Shown here: piece after piece, positions 1 through 15,800 of the stretch
How the letters are laid out: each line of letters opens with the position of its first letter
Position numbering within the stretch: the first letter of the stretch is position 1
Origin: Chrysomallon squamiferum
Lineage: Eukaryota > Animalia > Mollusca
DNA: 64,000 bases
Reading direction: 5' to 3'
NCBI GenBank assembly: GCA_012295275.1
Contig: CM022666.1
Coordinates: 12,524,001 to 12,588,000 of the forward strand
Made by a program: the position numbers and the translations under genes
The notes under the pieces: generated by a model
Database searches by the model: none
Told to the model about the DNA's origin: nothing
What the model saw: the letters and a program-made list of their open reading frames with translations, nothing else

Positions 1-3000
1 TGTTTCGATTCTTTTGCTACAGCTGACTTTGAAATCGATCTAGATGCAGAATTGTTGGCCATCACCTCATCAAGCTTTTTCTGAATGTTTTCAAAACTGT
101 CAGCACCCAGGTAGTCCATCTGACCTCGTTCCCAGGCAAGCTTGCGTTCCTGATCATCAAGAATGACTATTCCATCACCACTGTTACCCTCCTGCAGCTG
201 TAGATTAGCCAACTGACCTATCAGTCCTCCCTGAAAGAACATAAAATTTTATATAGAAAGCGATTTATTAAGAGAGCAAGAAAGAGAAAATTAGGCTTAA
301 TTCAGATAATCTTGAAAAATACAAACAGAAGTCCCAGATGTTGCTTTTCCTGGATTGATATCTTATAAATTGTTATTCAAAACAGTTTTATTCATATATT
401 ATTAATCAATATAAAATTATATTACAAATACAGATTAAAAGAAACCTTGAAAAAAAAAAAAAAAAGTATTTGAAAAATACCAGTAACAGAAATATTTTAC
501 TTCTATATTCATTTAACAATTTATAATCCTTTTCTGTGATACAGTAAATGATATGGCAGTTACATCTATTATGGAGAGACATTCCAGGTAATTACAGAAA
601 CAGGTAACTAGTTAATCATGCCATTTCATCCCTACAGTCTTTATGTTCGCTATCAAAGTATCAAAACTAATCAAGTTTCTGCAAAATAAATATTAACTGT
701 TAAAAGCCAGATGCACAAACAGATTTAAATTTATGTATTTGTATTAGAAAAGCCATCAAGCACTGGTGACAAAATAGCTACATTGTTATATATATTCTGT
801 TTAATGTGTATAAAATGTTGTTTTAAAAACAGCTGTAATTACTGCATAACATCACAAAATGTATATTTTATAATCTGTCAGTTACATACACGTGTTCAAG
901 CAATATTCTCATGTAATTTCACATTAAAATGCTGTGTGCACACACATCTTTTATGATTTATTCTTAACAAACATACTGTTAGAATAGCAATATAAATATA
1001 CAATATATAATTGAACAAATGTAATAAATAAACAATTATTTTAAAAATATATCAATGAAAGCTGTGGCTAATAATATATTAGTTAATGGAAGCATTCACA
1101 TAATCATACTAATAACCACTTGAATGTATTCCTAAACCCAGTACTAGAAATAATCAAAAATGGGAAAACATTATGATCCTAAATGATTGTTAAATATAAA
1201 CATGATGACTACACAGACAAAACAGATACATTTACACAACAAACAACTGTATAGCGATACATTCTTTACTAAAGCAAACCAGAGCCACTAACTATGCATA
1301 CATCACATGCTGCATAAAATATATAATGTAGAGAAACACTATATTCATATCAAGCAATATATACATGAATATCAAAGACAAACAGGGTTGCAAATAAAGT
1401 ACAAGCCCAAGCAGAGCATTCAGGATTTCTACAAATTTAACAAAAATATTTTTGTTTTAATTATATGAAGATTGTGTATTACTAGATTAATGGCTTCTGT
1501 CTTTAAAATTATTAGAATAAAACATTAGTAAACCAGTGTATAAAAACCAATAGACAAATGCACTTATTTTGAAAGTGGTGAAAACTGACATTCATTAATA
1601 TCCATTTTATTTATTTATTTATTTTAATCTGTTTATATAGAACAATTTTCATTAACATTTTTTTTTTTTTTTTTTTTAAATATAATAATAATAGTAATAA
1701 TAACAATCAAAGAGACAATCATTTTTAATTACCATTTTATACTATTTTTCTTATGCACCTGTTTACCTGATGTATTTCTTCTAACTTATCTTAAAGACAG
1801 GATATACTTATTAGTAATGTTCCTTGCGAACTGCCATTTGTTAAGATTACAAACTGACAAATTATTTTAACACACATTTGTAAATTTAATGATTGATCAA
1901 GGCAATCTTAATTCTTTCATCTTATCAGTGTACAATTAAGACAGGCCACACAGACTAAATACATGCATGTTTTAGTATTCACTGCTTACACAAGTTATAT
2001 GAATATATGAGGTATATATAGTTTTAAGCTAGAAATTTTTTTATGAGCTATAGTAACATGCAGCATGGTCACTATGAATGAACCTGTGACAGCACAATTT
2101 TTGACCACAGCCCTTTCTAAATGATCACATTACCCCTTCTTGTTTTGTAATAAAACTGATTCTGAACCAACATTCAGCCCTCAAAGTAAGTCGCAAATGA
2201 CCAGTTAGTTCTTGCCTTTATAAGGAGAATTGGCTGCTGATTTTAAATGTTTTTACTGAAGCAGTAACATTTAATATATAATTTGTAATCTAATTTTAGA
2301 TCTCAAATAGTGAGCAACTAGCCCATCTGAGCTCTAAACTGTATATACTCCAAAGTTGCCTATTTCCATTGTGAGATAAACTGATAAATTACTAACAAGA
2401 GGAATAATCTGCCAAAATAAACTAAAAACAAAATAATTTCTATTAGCCCAAACCATTCTGAGGTTTGAGTTATGGTACTATTTTATTTTAGTAAACAGAA
2501 ACTGAAAGTTTTATTAGGAGCATTTAAAAACATTAAAATGTTCAGTGTGTAACAATTTGGTGTAAAATAAATACTACTGATGCTGTGAGAAACTAGGCCG
2601 ATATTGTTAAAATATTAAAGGTTCGTGACAACTGCTGCTTATTTCAAGGGCTGTACTTTAAAGGTTTACAATAATTACAAAGAGAAAAACAATCCCCACC
2701 CCGCCAAAACAAAAAAGAAAAACCAAAAAACTTTCTAATAAGAAAATTAAAAAAATATACTTTTAAAAATCTGATGTGATCACCCACATTTGTTAATCAC
2801 AAAACAATTGGTCAATAATGGATGTATCAAAAATCCCCAAAATCTGAATACTTTAACAAGAACTACCAATATCTATCTGGATGGAGCAGATAGCACCTTT
2901 CTGCTGAAGATTTTAAATCCATCACAGTTTCATGTGAATGAATGATTATCTGTCAAGCATGGCACACTAGCTGCCAAATAAAGCTGGCATAATACAGAGT

Positions 3001-3784
3001 CAAAGTTCCAGCCACAGAATAACAAGGGCCAATTTAAAAACCATCATGGTATAGTTTGTTACAACTTACCATTTCGGTACCATTAGTATCATTAGAATTC
3101 TCATCTGTATCTTTTTCACTCTTACTGTCCACAGATGTACTTGCATCATAATCACTGCTTGCATCATAGTAAGTATCATCTTCAGTTTGATCATCTGTTT
3201 CAGTATCAGTAGGTGTTACATCCTTATTCACCTCAGGTTCACCAGCTGATTTTACAATTTCATAGTGTTCTTTAATTTCATCTTTTTCTTGTATTGATAT
3301 AATTCTGTCAGCCTGCTCATCAGGGCTGCTGTCAGTTTTTAATTCACTGGTTTTCATTTTATTAATATCCATCTCCAATTCCAGAGATGCAGCTGAGTAA
3401 ATATCATGCAAAGTTGTTTCAGGATCAACAAGAGAAAGAGGCTCTTCTGGATAGTGAGTCTCGTAAACCATGTACGACTTGATTGGCTCTTGTGAAATGC
3501 TTATCACCTGTGGACTGGTGTAAACTACATCACTGGAAATTGTCTTTTCCATACTATCTTCACTGTAATTTTCTAATGGGGGTGTATAGAACACCTTATC
3601 TAACTGAGGAGGAACAAATGGGAACACAATTTGGTATGTGGGTTCGTGGTAATGTTGGTTAGTAGACACAAATGTTGACTCATGCTCCGTGGGATGGGGG
3701 ACATGTGGTGCTAGAAGTTGCTTCTGGAACGGCATCTGCAAATAACAGAAGCCAAACTAACTTCATAAAAGTTTACTGATAAAT

Positions 3785-3830
<46 letters not shown>

Positions 3831-6800
3831 GCTCCATGACCTTATTTCATATTAGTTTCAAACCCAAATTCTTCAATAACAGGTTTTTGTATTAACATTT
3901 CATTTACATTTAAAAAATTAAAAAATAAATAAAACAATACATCTTTTCAGAAAATTAGAAAGATATTAAGAATAAAAGGTATTATAAATGAATTTTAAAA
4001 CTGTACAAATCATAATTTTTAAATTTTGTTGTAGCTGGTTAAAAACCCATCTTCAGTTACAGTTATAAATTTCTTTTTGGACTGATTTTCAGTTGTATTT
4101 TTCTCTTGCACAAGCTCAGTATCCGAGATGTGACAAAATTAGGTCAGGATACATTTTAATTTTGAAATGCAAATAATTCTGAACAAGCTTTTACTTAATA
4201 AAATGAAGTAACTTGAATCTGAAAATATTCGGTAACAGACGTTTTATGCTGAAGTCTCTGATATACATTTACAAAAGGAAGAAGCTCTAAAAATAGTGAA
4301 TATGTGCAGAATGTGATTTTACTACCAGCTGAACCCACAGCAAACACATGCTAATTTGCTTCTTACCACAACAACTAAATTATTAACTACAGAATGTGCG
4401 TAAAAAAGTAATTCAAACCAACTTTTAACAAACACAGAGCATAAGATTTAGAAATATGAGATCATCATTCCTAGCATTTACAGGTATGTTCTTTTAAAAT
4501 AGTTATATACACTAAGGTTCAAAATAAATTTAAAGCTAAAATGAACCATCATACATACAATTATGAATTCATTCATTTTTAAAACATTTTAATATCTTTG
4601 GGGAAATAACTGGATTTTGTTTAAACACAGTAATTTCTAAGTATAAATAGTAATTAAATTGGAAACATAGTTAAGTTAAAAACTAAGATATTCCTTGATT
4701 AATTTGTAGCTTTTTAAGAATCAATGATTAAAACCATTTTACATTAACATATCATGAAACACAAATACTCACATTTTAATTTTTTTTAACATTTATCGTG
4801 TTACCTAAATATCCAGCTGTTACCAGGGTAACTGGGCAAGAGGAAAATCATTTACAAGTGACTTTTATTATATAGAACCATGATCTCATTTAATACACCA
4901 CACAAGAATTACACACATGCTACAAAAAAACAGTTATAAAACAACCCTGATAGTGTTCAAAACTACAAACATACACAACATCTAAAACTTAAATAAATGA
5001 TCATGGAAGTCACAAAATTTAAAAATAAAAATGACTGGGTCCGAAACAAAATGTAATTTTACTATAATAAAATATGTTGTGACAATTAAAAATTGTAAAT
5101 TTGTTTTTTATTTATTTTGAGAATTGTTGTAAGATGGGGAGAATAGGAACAGATTACACATGTAAAAGATCCCTTTCCTTTTATTTTTTATTCTTCTTTT
5201 GTCTTTATTATATAACTTTCCCCCATCTTCTTATATGCTGTAAATGCAGATCAATATTGAGGGAGGATGTCCTCATGACTAGTTTTAGTGAATGTTTTTT
5301 TTCTTCTAACATTCAGAAGGAAATTTAATTAAATATGGAACAGCATTAACTTAGGTAATTTTGTATGTGGATATATGTATACTTTATTGTTGAATCATTA
5401 AGTCTTCTTGAAATATAATAAAATGTTTCTGTATGGATAATTTAAGTCTAAACAACTTTACCAAACCATCAAATACAAGCATTTAGAGACAATGGAGTAT
5501 GATCATGCAGAATGATGTTTATTGAACTCCTCTATGAGTTTTTCAAAACATACTGTTTTTAAAGTTATAAAAAGATTACATAAAGATTACATTCTGTTAC
5601 TACTCCTGACATTTATAAATCTTGATAAAATCTATAAATAATTTAACTCAAAATATTTATCTACCTTTAAACAATGAACCTGTATTATACACACACATAT
5701 ATATATATATATATTCATCTTAATTGTATTCTACATCCATAATTTCTTTTTGTCTATTCGAGAAAAAAATACAATCCTTTTTATAATGAACATGTGAGAT
5801 GTTTCAAACAAATGCATGTGTAAGTGCGACAGATTGATGGATAACAGATACAAAACATTTCATAAAGCAACATCAGTACTGCTTACTAGATTGCAATATA
5901 GCTAGAATAATTTGAAATAAAATAGCAACGTGATAATATTAAAATACATCTACACATTGTAAACTAGTGTACCACCAACACCTCATACGATATCAATATG
6001 TTACAATATGATTTCGTTAAGATTGGAGTTGTTTCTTTCAGTGGTAAAAGTATCTGTTTATTAAAAAGATATCATAATTCAAATAACATACATAACCATT
6101 TTCAAATATCCAACATTTCAAATCAACCTCAGTTTTTTAAAAATTGATTATATAACCCTACATAAATTATAAAAATCCATCCATACCTTCACCAGACTTT
6201 TTTTACTACTAATGTAACTAAGTAGCCCAGCACCAAAATAAAAAAGTTAAAATTATCATGGAAAATAAATCCTACAGCAAAATATTTATCCATCCAAGAA
6301 ATATGTTGAACATTCTTTTCTATTTCTTACTTTTATTTCTCTTCCTCCCCCAACTAAATTTGACAAGAAAATAATTACTACTGACATAGATATATTTTTT
6401 TTCCCATTATTTCTTCTGATTTTCAAACTTTCCTACTTTCAGTCAAATATAATAATTAGAAATTAAATTTTCATTCTGTCATGCAATTGAGGATGATATA
6501 GTTTGAATGGGTTTTTTTTCTCTTACTGTTGCCACTATTTGGCCATTTTGATTATCTCCCATTTAATGTTCAACAGCAGTTTCGGTTACCAACCATCTAC
6601 CATCCCATTAACATGCAGCTGGGATTAACTTATCCTTTAACATTTGCTCAGCCATTCAATTTACCCCCCCCCAATCATTCGCAAAAAATCTCTTTATGAT
6701 TAAGCAATTCCATTTTCCTCTCATTCATACAAAGAAAAAACTTTAATTTCAGTTATAATGCAATATAATAAAAAAAATATTTTTACTTAATTTTCAAAGC

Positions 6801-9800
6801 CATTATAAACGGAAATCATTAAATACAAGTTCATAAATAATTGTACAAGTCATTTTCTCACTTCTATAAAGTTATTTTTCTAAGTATTACTAAAATGACG
6901 CAACACTGTTGAAACTGAAAGCAGAATATGTATTATTTATCTGAAAAGCAGAGCAGATCTTGAAGTCACTACAATATTGTTATACAGATTACAAGAAAAC
7001 AAAAAGATCTTACCACATCCTTCACGAGCATGCAATGAAAACAAGATTAGTTGTATTATCAATGATACAAATGAATGAAAATAATGAGTAATATCATAAA
7101 AATACAAAAGTGCTTTATCTTTTAAAAGCAATTTTAATATGCATATACTGATATAGCTTAATTTTTACGAATCTTTTTTTTTTTTTAAACCGTAACTGAC
7201 ATAACTGCTTCTTCATGCATTAGTATATATAGTGAAACATAAAAAAAAAAATTATATACATCTTCACAAAAGTCACTTCATTCCAGTCATGATACATATG
7301 GTCTTCATCAAGATTATTACAAGCTATTATAGATAGGCTTCTTTCAATTAAGCAATATGGTTTTTTTTCTTCTTTCGTCTTTATATGCAGCTTCCATTAG
7401 ATACAGTGGAACACACCAACAATTTGATAAGCCAACAGTGGAGTACAGGTTAGACAGGAAACTGGTGTGCTGAAGAAGACTGACACATCACATCTCATCT
7501 TTAATGTACTCTAAGCACAGTCACAGCCTGACATACATACTGGATATTTGATAAAAATCATGGATGACTTTGCCAAACCAGCATAGTGAGCAGGATTGGT
7601 CACTGAACCTGTTTCTCAGGACAGTATTCTGACCAGAAACCTAAAACTAATGTCTGGAATAAAGTGACTAAACAAAGACATTTTAGCAACAAATCCATAT
7701 CAAGGAATCACAATTCACTGGATTTCACAATATCAGAACATCATGGGTAATGATTTGAATCTATTATTGTTATTGATGTAGGTTTTTTAATGCAATAAAA
7801 TGTGTAAGTTATAAGTTCACAAAATATTCAATTTATTTAAACAAACAAAAGCCATCTTCAAACCATGCTTTAACTTGATGCATTTTAAACAGATACCATA
7901 TTACCAAGAATAAATAAAAATAAAAATAATGTTTTAAAACAACTTAACTGCCAGTGAAACAAAATTGATGAACTGGTCAAACTTATCACTGGCCAAAATA
8001 TAAACTGATGAACCTTTAAGCTAAATACAAGGCTACTGCCATCACAACATTTCTAAGGACTTCTAAGGGAAGGAATAAATATGAATATCAGAACAAATGA
8101 AAACGGATGTCCTACCAGAGATGGATCAAGGGATGGCTGAACACTTGACATGAAAACATCCCACCACATTGCCAGAAATTCTTGACTATGTCCGCAGCCT
8201 GGCAACGTCATAACTTGTTTTGTTTTAGTATCATAGGGATGATGCCATGGCTTGATCGCACCAATGAAATGCACTATCTTAATAGTGTCACGGAATCTGC
8301 AACAGATCAGATATTTAAATTCATCTATCGTTAGTACATTTGAGCATGAAAATATTATTTTGAAAAATAACATCAGTGAGTTTACATTTGTGCCGAGAAA
8401 GTTTTGTCATGTGTATTAAAATAAACTGCCACATACTGAGATACAATTAAAAGAGATATTGAATTTATATGAGGAAAATATGTGACCTGTACCACAAAAG
8501 GTATGTTTAAAAGGGGAATATAAAAAAATGTTTCAGTCATTTAAAAACTAAAAATATATAAACTTTAAAAAAGGTACAAGTCTTACTGAACTGCATCATA
8601 AAATGAAGTTACTGTCAGTGTTAAAATTTGATACACAGCTTTCGATTTTGAAGGCTTTGTCCATTTCTTTTCTTTTCTTTAATTTTTTTTTGAAATTTAA
8701 GAACATGCACAACATTTTGTAAAAATTATCACAACTCAGAAATGATAATTAATAAAGTACCATTCAACTGACTTTGCTTCATCTGTACCAGAGAAGTCCA
8801 GATTTATTAAATAACAAACAAGGTATCACATTTGTGTATTACAATCAAAAATCATTTTCAGATAGTTAACACTTTTTGAAGTATTTAAAGGCAACTGATT
8901 TACAAGAGAAAAATATGTTATCCTTAGATTTCTGCTATTATTAATTAGATCTACATGTAGACATCTAAAATAAATAGCTGGAGATAAAAGTTTACTTACT
9001 GAGTAAAAGCTGGAAGGTAACTATAGAAAGCTTGCGATACTACATTGTAAATGAATGGAAGATGTTTCTTAATGTCTTGTGTGGCCCAGTTGCGGAAATA
9101 CAGATTTAACAAACCCTGGTCACCACCTGTAACAAAAATTATAAAGCTAAATGCTTACAATACAAATTTCTGAGAAAATAAACTATTAACTATTAAATAA
9201 TTAAATATCAAAATCTGAAAGAAATCATTTATCCACTACCGATATATTTTTTACTCATTTTTTTTTTTACTTAAAAAAAAAAGACATTTCAACAGTCTGA
9301 CTGACATTTGAAAAGAATGAATTTCAAATCAGATTTATTTACCAGCTGTTTTATGCGAGTGTTACAAACATAAATCATATCAAATAATATGATAATATAA
9401 TTTTAACAGCATTAGAAAGTGTAAGAACTGACTATCAGTTTATCAACAAAATGACAAAATATATCTTCACCAGGCTGTATCAAGAATTGTAGAAAACACA
9501 AACATTATCTTTGGTGTCTACTTTTCATAAATTTGCTGAAGAACAGAAAAATTATTTTCATCCTACAAGTGAAACACTCACCATCAAAAGTGCCAACAGT
9601 CATAGCAAACTGAAGTATGGACCTGTAAGTTTCTTCATTAGGTTTGAAGACAAAGACACCTGAGTTGAAGCAGTCAGGCCAACCAGCATCAGGGGCTGCC
9701 GAAAGTTCCTCCCGGTCAAAAAGTTCATCCACATTGCGAATTACCTTAACAGAAGAAAAAACATTCACAGTCAAAACATCTCATTTTAAATAATTCAGCA

Positions 9801-12800
9801 ATGTCATTACAGATAAACAATTCATCAGTAATATCACAAGCATCTTCAAACCAAAACATATCCATTAAAAATATGTTTCGTTCAGTTCATCTAGTCTGAT
9901 ACATCATGAAATAAAAAGAACCCATTATAATCTCACTTTGAATAATCTAAACAGTTCATGCAAACTGTAAATTAAATTGTTAAGATGCTATTTTAAATGC
10001 TGTCATGTAACAAAAATATTGTTTTGAATTATTAATGAATAAACCAATCAGAAAACATCATAAAATTCATAGTAAAACACAGTGGTCTCAAACGGATTCA
10101 AACATAAATCAGCTTATTAAAAACAATACTGAACAATTTTGCTTTTAACAAGCAAATGTTGTTAAGAATCACAGAAAGAAAATAGAACTAGCTGAATGTA
10201 ATCAAACAAGACACAATTTTAAAAATATAAACTCTGCAAAAGCCATAGTCTTGAGAATTGAACATTTGCTCTGAATTTTTTATAAAAACAAAAGAAACAA
10301 ATTTGTCTGAATTATTTGTAGTAACTGAAAAATGTGATACAAAACTGTTGTGGCTATCTTTAATAAATTCCTATTTAGGAAAAAATCTGAGAAACATTTT
10401 CTCACAGTAGCAGCAGTGTGATAGAGAAACACTTTTTCATACAGCAGCACCTAAAATAATGGAATTAAAAGACAAGACAGGAAGAAAAATAATGCTCTAT
10501 AAGGACTGCAGGAAGCATTTACATTTCCGTCCTGTGTTAGGTAATGTGTTGACACAATCAGAGTGCTTCCTGATTCACAACTATGTCAATACCAGGAATA
10601 ATATTTCCTGTATTAAACAATGCATCATAATGCGCAAAGCAGCTCAGAATACAAGTGAATGGTGTTTTCCTGGAAAATCCAGTATGTATGCTTCAGTTAC
10701 ATTTATTATAAAGTTAAACACAACTTAATACCCTTTCCATCAAACTGTACATGTCCAGAATTTATAAAAAGTGGATTCCATTTATGCTGTATTACTGTTT
10801 TATTAAAATTCTTTGTATTAATAAAGATTAAATAGTGACAGCCTCATGTAAAGTGATAATATACTCTATATTCATTCCAGTAACTGAACACATTTCTTTT
10901 TTTATTTTTTTTATTATTAATACAAACAAAAAGGACTGAAATAGATAAAAACTAACAGTAACAACAGTAATAATTTCTGTATATTACTAACATGACTGAA
11001 TAGATTTTTCAAGTATCATATTTCATTACAACAATTCCAGTGAAAACTGTCAGTTTACGTTAACTGTGAAATCCTGCCAGAACTGCTGAAGGTAGAAAAA
11101 TGTGCCATACATCATTTCAGCTCCACACTTCTGACGTCATAATCATTATTTATTGCTAGTAAGTCTCACCAGCCTCAGATTACCTACTTTTGTATACCAA
11201 CAGTTGGATATTTCTATTTTTATTTTGTATTAAATTACCACCAAACCATTTTCTTTCAAAAATGATTATATTAACAGACAACTGCCTATACATATTAATA
11301 TTTTAGAAATTTCTTTTGTGGATTTAAAGTTGCATCATTTTCACACTCTACCCATCTATGTGCATGTATGTATTTGGGGTTTGTTCCTCTTTTTTTCATT
11401 TTTTATCATCAATATAAAAATTCCATTTTAGTATGGATATACATAGGCAAAACTACATTCTAATAAATTAAGAATTTAAAAAAAGGGTAACTAAAAATTA
11501 TTTAAAAAAAATATATATAATAAAATAGTTAAATAAATAAATAAATAAATAGAGTTATTAACAATGCACACTTCCAGATTTTGTTGATTTTTTTAATTTG
11601 TTTTTTGACTCATATTACATTTAATAAAGGAGCCTTTTGTGAATAATTGATAATTTTGTAACTTAATCTTGGATTATCTTACAGACATACTTAGATCAAG
11701 TGTAATTTCACAAGAAATGAGATAAAGTGATAAGATAAAGTTCAAATATTTATAATTAGTTCAATTAAACTGGTCTTTTTAATAGGTTATATAGTTTACA
11801 GTATTATTCCTTCTGCAAACTAAATGCACAGCTGTCTAGCAGTTTTTTCAATATTTCATGAATAAACCAACATATCTAGCTACAAACTCCACTCACATAT
11901 TACACAGTTATGAACCATTTCATGGACACTGTAACCTTATGAACCAACTACTATATATTATAAACTTAAAGACTAGCTAAAGCACATGGCAAAATTTTAC
12001 CTAACAGCTCATGCATATTACAAACTGGTGGACTACTTTGTTATATTTTGTCGAGTAACAGAAAGAAAAATGTTTTTCACTTCACAGAAAAGTGCCAAGT
12101 CAGCATATTATTTGTCACATACAGTTTGTCTGTGTTAGGTGGTGTATGACTCACTGTTAACCAGAAACAGGAAAATACATTACAATATCCACATCATACA
12201 TATTTATCATCATGATCATAATCATCATCATCATCATCATTATCATCATCATCATCACTGACCACACAGATATAAAATTTAAGATTCTGATATATAAAAC
12301 AGTTTTGTAACTACAAATTTTTTATATATTAGTATGAAATGAAAGGTTTTCTGCTCATCACTATGAAAGCAAGTTATCTTTTATACAGTTTACCAGAATC
12401 AGGAATGCAGATAGAGTGGACCCTGAAAAACCAGTAATGAATCACTGAGTATGAAATGATCTTAACTTTGATAGATTTCAGAATTCAGCTGTTTGCTTAT
12501 ATCACCTCTACAACATATGTAAAAATTTACATTTTATTTATATCTGAACATTTCTTCTGAAACTATAGAAACATTTTTACATAAAATAATACTTTTCTTA
12601 GCAATTCAATATTACTTATCTGTCTCTTACATGCTGTACAAATGCTTAAAAATATAGAACATAAATAAAACAAGGAAGTTTTACAAAAATTTTGCTATTT
12701 TCATACTTGAATATATATATGATTATATCCTGTATATCTGTATATTTACACTGGTTATATAATATACACTTTTCATATTATTTGTAATTTAATACTAACC

Positions 12801-15800
12801 ATTTGTGTGACTTGGTACCAAAAAACCCACAAAAAAACAACAATAGCACAGAAGAGAAGCATAAATTACAACCATCTGGGTAAAGGCAAATGTTTTGAAG
12901 CTATATCTAAACCAAAAGCAAATGTTCAGATTACTCTTTTTATACAATATATAAGCATGAAATTGAAAATATAAATAATTACTGATAACAAAATAACTGA
13001 AAACTGCTTAGTATTGCTAAACAGAAAAGCCTGTAAGTAACAACAAAAACTGGTTAATATAAGCAAATATGACATGTTTGTGTATTTACATAAAATTCAC
13101 CACTGGTGATGCATTTGGTTAAACAATTGCTACATTTTCTGCTGACTGTAATAGACTGAATAATCAATTCCATATAGCACTGTTTCACAGGGCAACATGT
13201 TCAGTTAATCAAGTACAAAGATAATTATGTGCACAGGAGACTTGATCACTTCCAAAACAATCAGTCTGTATTACAAATACCATACACAGAATTTTCTAAT
13301 AATGACCTTTCTCATCATTCATAGAGATAACATTACAATTAATTACTCAATAGTTACAATATAAAAAATAAACTTGGCTAAATAAGAAATAGGCACATCA
13401 CAAAATCACACTGAAGACAAAGCTTGGTGTTAATATTACCTGTATCATTTTCAAACTCAATGTTTGTGTAGATATGTACTTCCCAAAATAAACCAAGCAT
13501 GTTAAAATAACAAGATCTAATGCAGATTAAACAATATTTCTTGCTGGCTAAATGAACATGTCAAATAACAAAATGTGATTATGATCAACAATGAGATATC
13601 ACAGCATACATAGAAACAAAATTATCTTCCAGAACTCAAATCATCCAGATGCCTTAGTTCCTGTATTTTGTTACTACAGTGTGCCAGTTAGCTCAAAACA
13701 TCCATTTCTAATTCTTGACAAAGCAGATCTTCATCTAGCTAAATTCAAAACAGTATTATCATAGTTTTTAAAATTCACTCACCAAAGTATCTGCATCCAA
13801 GAAGACACACTTGTTGTACTGTGTTAGACGCCAGCAGTGTAACTTGGTGAAGGTAACGCTCAGATCAGGTCGTCCCAGCAGCTGCAGATTAACAGCATCC
13901 TTGCTGTCAAGGACGTTGACTTCTATCACCTCATCAAACACATGACCCAACTGGATTCTACAAATAAAAATGAAGAAAATGTTTTGTTTAATAATATATT
14001 TTTGTTACTCACATGGGGTGTATGTCGAATACATGGATAGAAATCTGCTGCTACCATGGAATGAGTTTTTTTTAATTATGTTAATTAGTTAACAGACAGA
14101 TTCATCAGTCACAACCTCAGTCTGAAAAATATAAACCAGCTGTGCAGCTCTGGCTTGAATGGGAAATAGTCCCAAATGAGAGTACTGAGAACTTCACGAT
14201 GCCTTTGAAAACTGTATATAAAATTACTGAAGTGCAGAAAACTATTTTTTATTATGTTCCTTGTATCTGTTAAAAGTTAAAGCTATAGAAATTTTAGTTT
14301 AGCCCATGTTGACTATTCTCATTTAAATAATTCAACTTAATTTAACTTAAGTGACATTCAGTTAAAAGTGAAAAAAAAAAAAGATTATTGTTTATTGGTT
14401 TCTGTCAAACCAAAGATGCTGGTTTAAATGAGTAATAGAAAAATGGAAGATTTTTCTGACCATGATGATCCAAAACATCTTTCAAAACAGATAAATTTTA
14501 TTATCTAGTTTTTGAGATTCATCAATTCACAATTAATACTTTTAATCAGTGATTTGATTTTGTTGATGCAGCCTGTATTAATAGACTTGTACTATTTAAA
14601 CCAATATTTCAATTAATCATTTGTTTAGTATGTAATTCAAGTTTCTACTACTGCATATTGCTTTAGAAATATGGGAAATACTTGAATACAGATAGTTGCT
14701 CAGAGGTTTATTTTTTCAGTTATATATTTTTTGGTTCAGAAAAACTCATACCTTGTTGACATTGAAACCCCAGGAGTAACCATGATAACAATGCGACGTG
14801 TTGTGTGTACATTTCGCAAAGAGTTTGCAAGTACCAAGCAGCCCAATGCATATGTGTCATTTGTTGCTAATGTGACAAAAGCCTCCTTCTGAGCTGAAAT
14901 AAACAAAATACATAAAGCCAATTAACATATAGAAAAATAAACTATGGCAAATGAAAATTCCAAAGATGAAGTACAAGCAAGCACCATTATGAACTAAACA
15001 GAAAATGGTACACTTTTTTTTAAATTTTCATGAAGTGTAGTATTGCTCTAGTCAGACTGATACTGCAAATCCATTTATATATTAAAAAAATACAACCTGT
15101 AATTATTATATTGATATACAACTGCATTTTATAACTTCCCACCAAATCAGAATTTTTTTTTTTTTTTAAAAAGATCAATTGCTTGAAAGTGTAAAACTGA
15201 AGGTATGGAAAACATGCTATTACATGTATATATCAAAATACTTATTTCAAATTTTCTGCAGTAGAAAATATGAATTTAGTTTTTCACTGCTGTAAAATTG
15301 ATTTATAAAATGTCAAAATATTATGACAAAAAAAAAAATCTTATGATAGCACTTTACCCAACTGCCCAGACCACAACTGCGTATCTATTTTCTGTATCAG
15401 AAAACTGAAAACAAAGCAAGTATTGTACAGAGAAGCCATTATCATTAAGAGGCTTAGAACAAACTCACAAACACCAACAGTCCAATAAAAGTCAAGTTCT
15501 TGAATGATCTTTATAGAAGATTGGTCTTCACTTTAATATGTTGTTCTTAAATTATATTCATTTTACAAATAAAATAAAATCATATGAACAGCGCATTCAA
15601 TTAATTTCACAGCACTGCAACAATTCTGCAGTGAGCCTTGGTTATGTTTTAACATTAGTGTAGGGATGGGAACATGAAAATTCTTTTCATTCATTTTGTG
15701 TTGAGACCAGTATCAGGTGTCAAGCCTAGTACACAGAGCTGTAATGCCAAGGATGATTAAATTCTGTCTTGAGAAATATTCACTTTATCATTACACACCA

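Noticed and set aside
5131-5229. Short inverted repeat aagatgggg/ccccatctt in a glycogenin intron
   Set aside because: It is only 9 bp, which is expected by chance.
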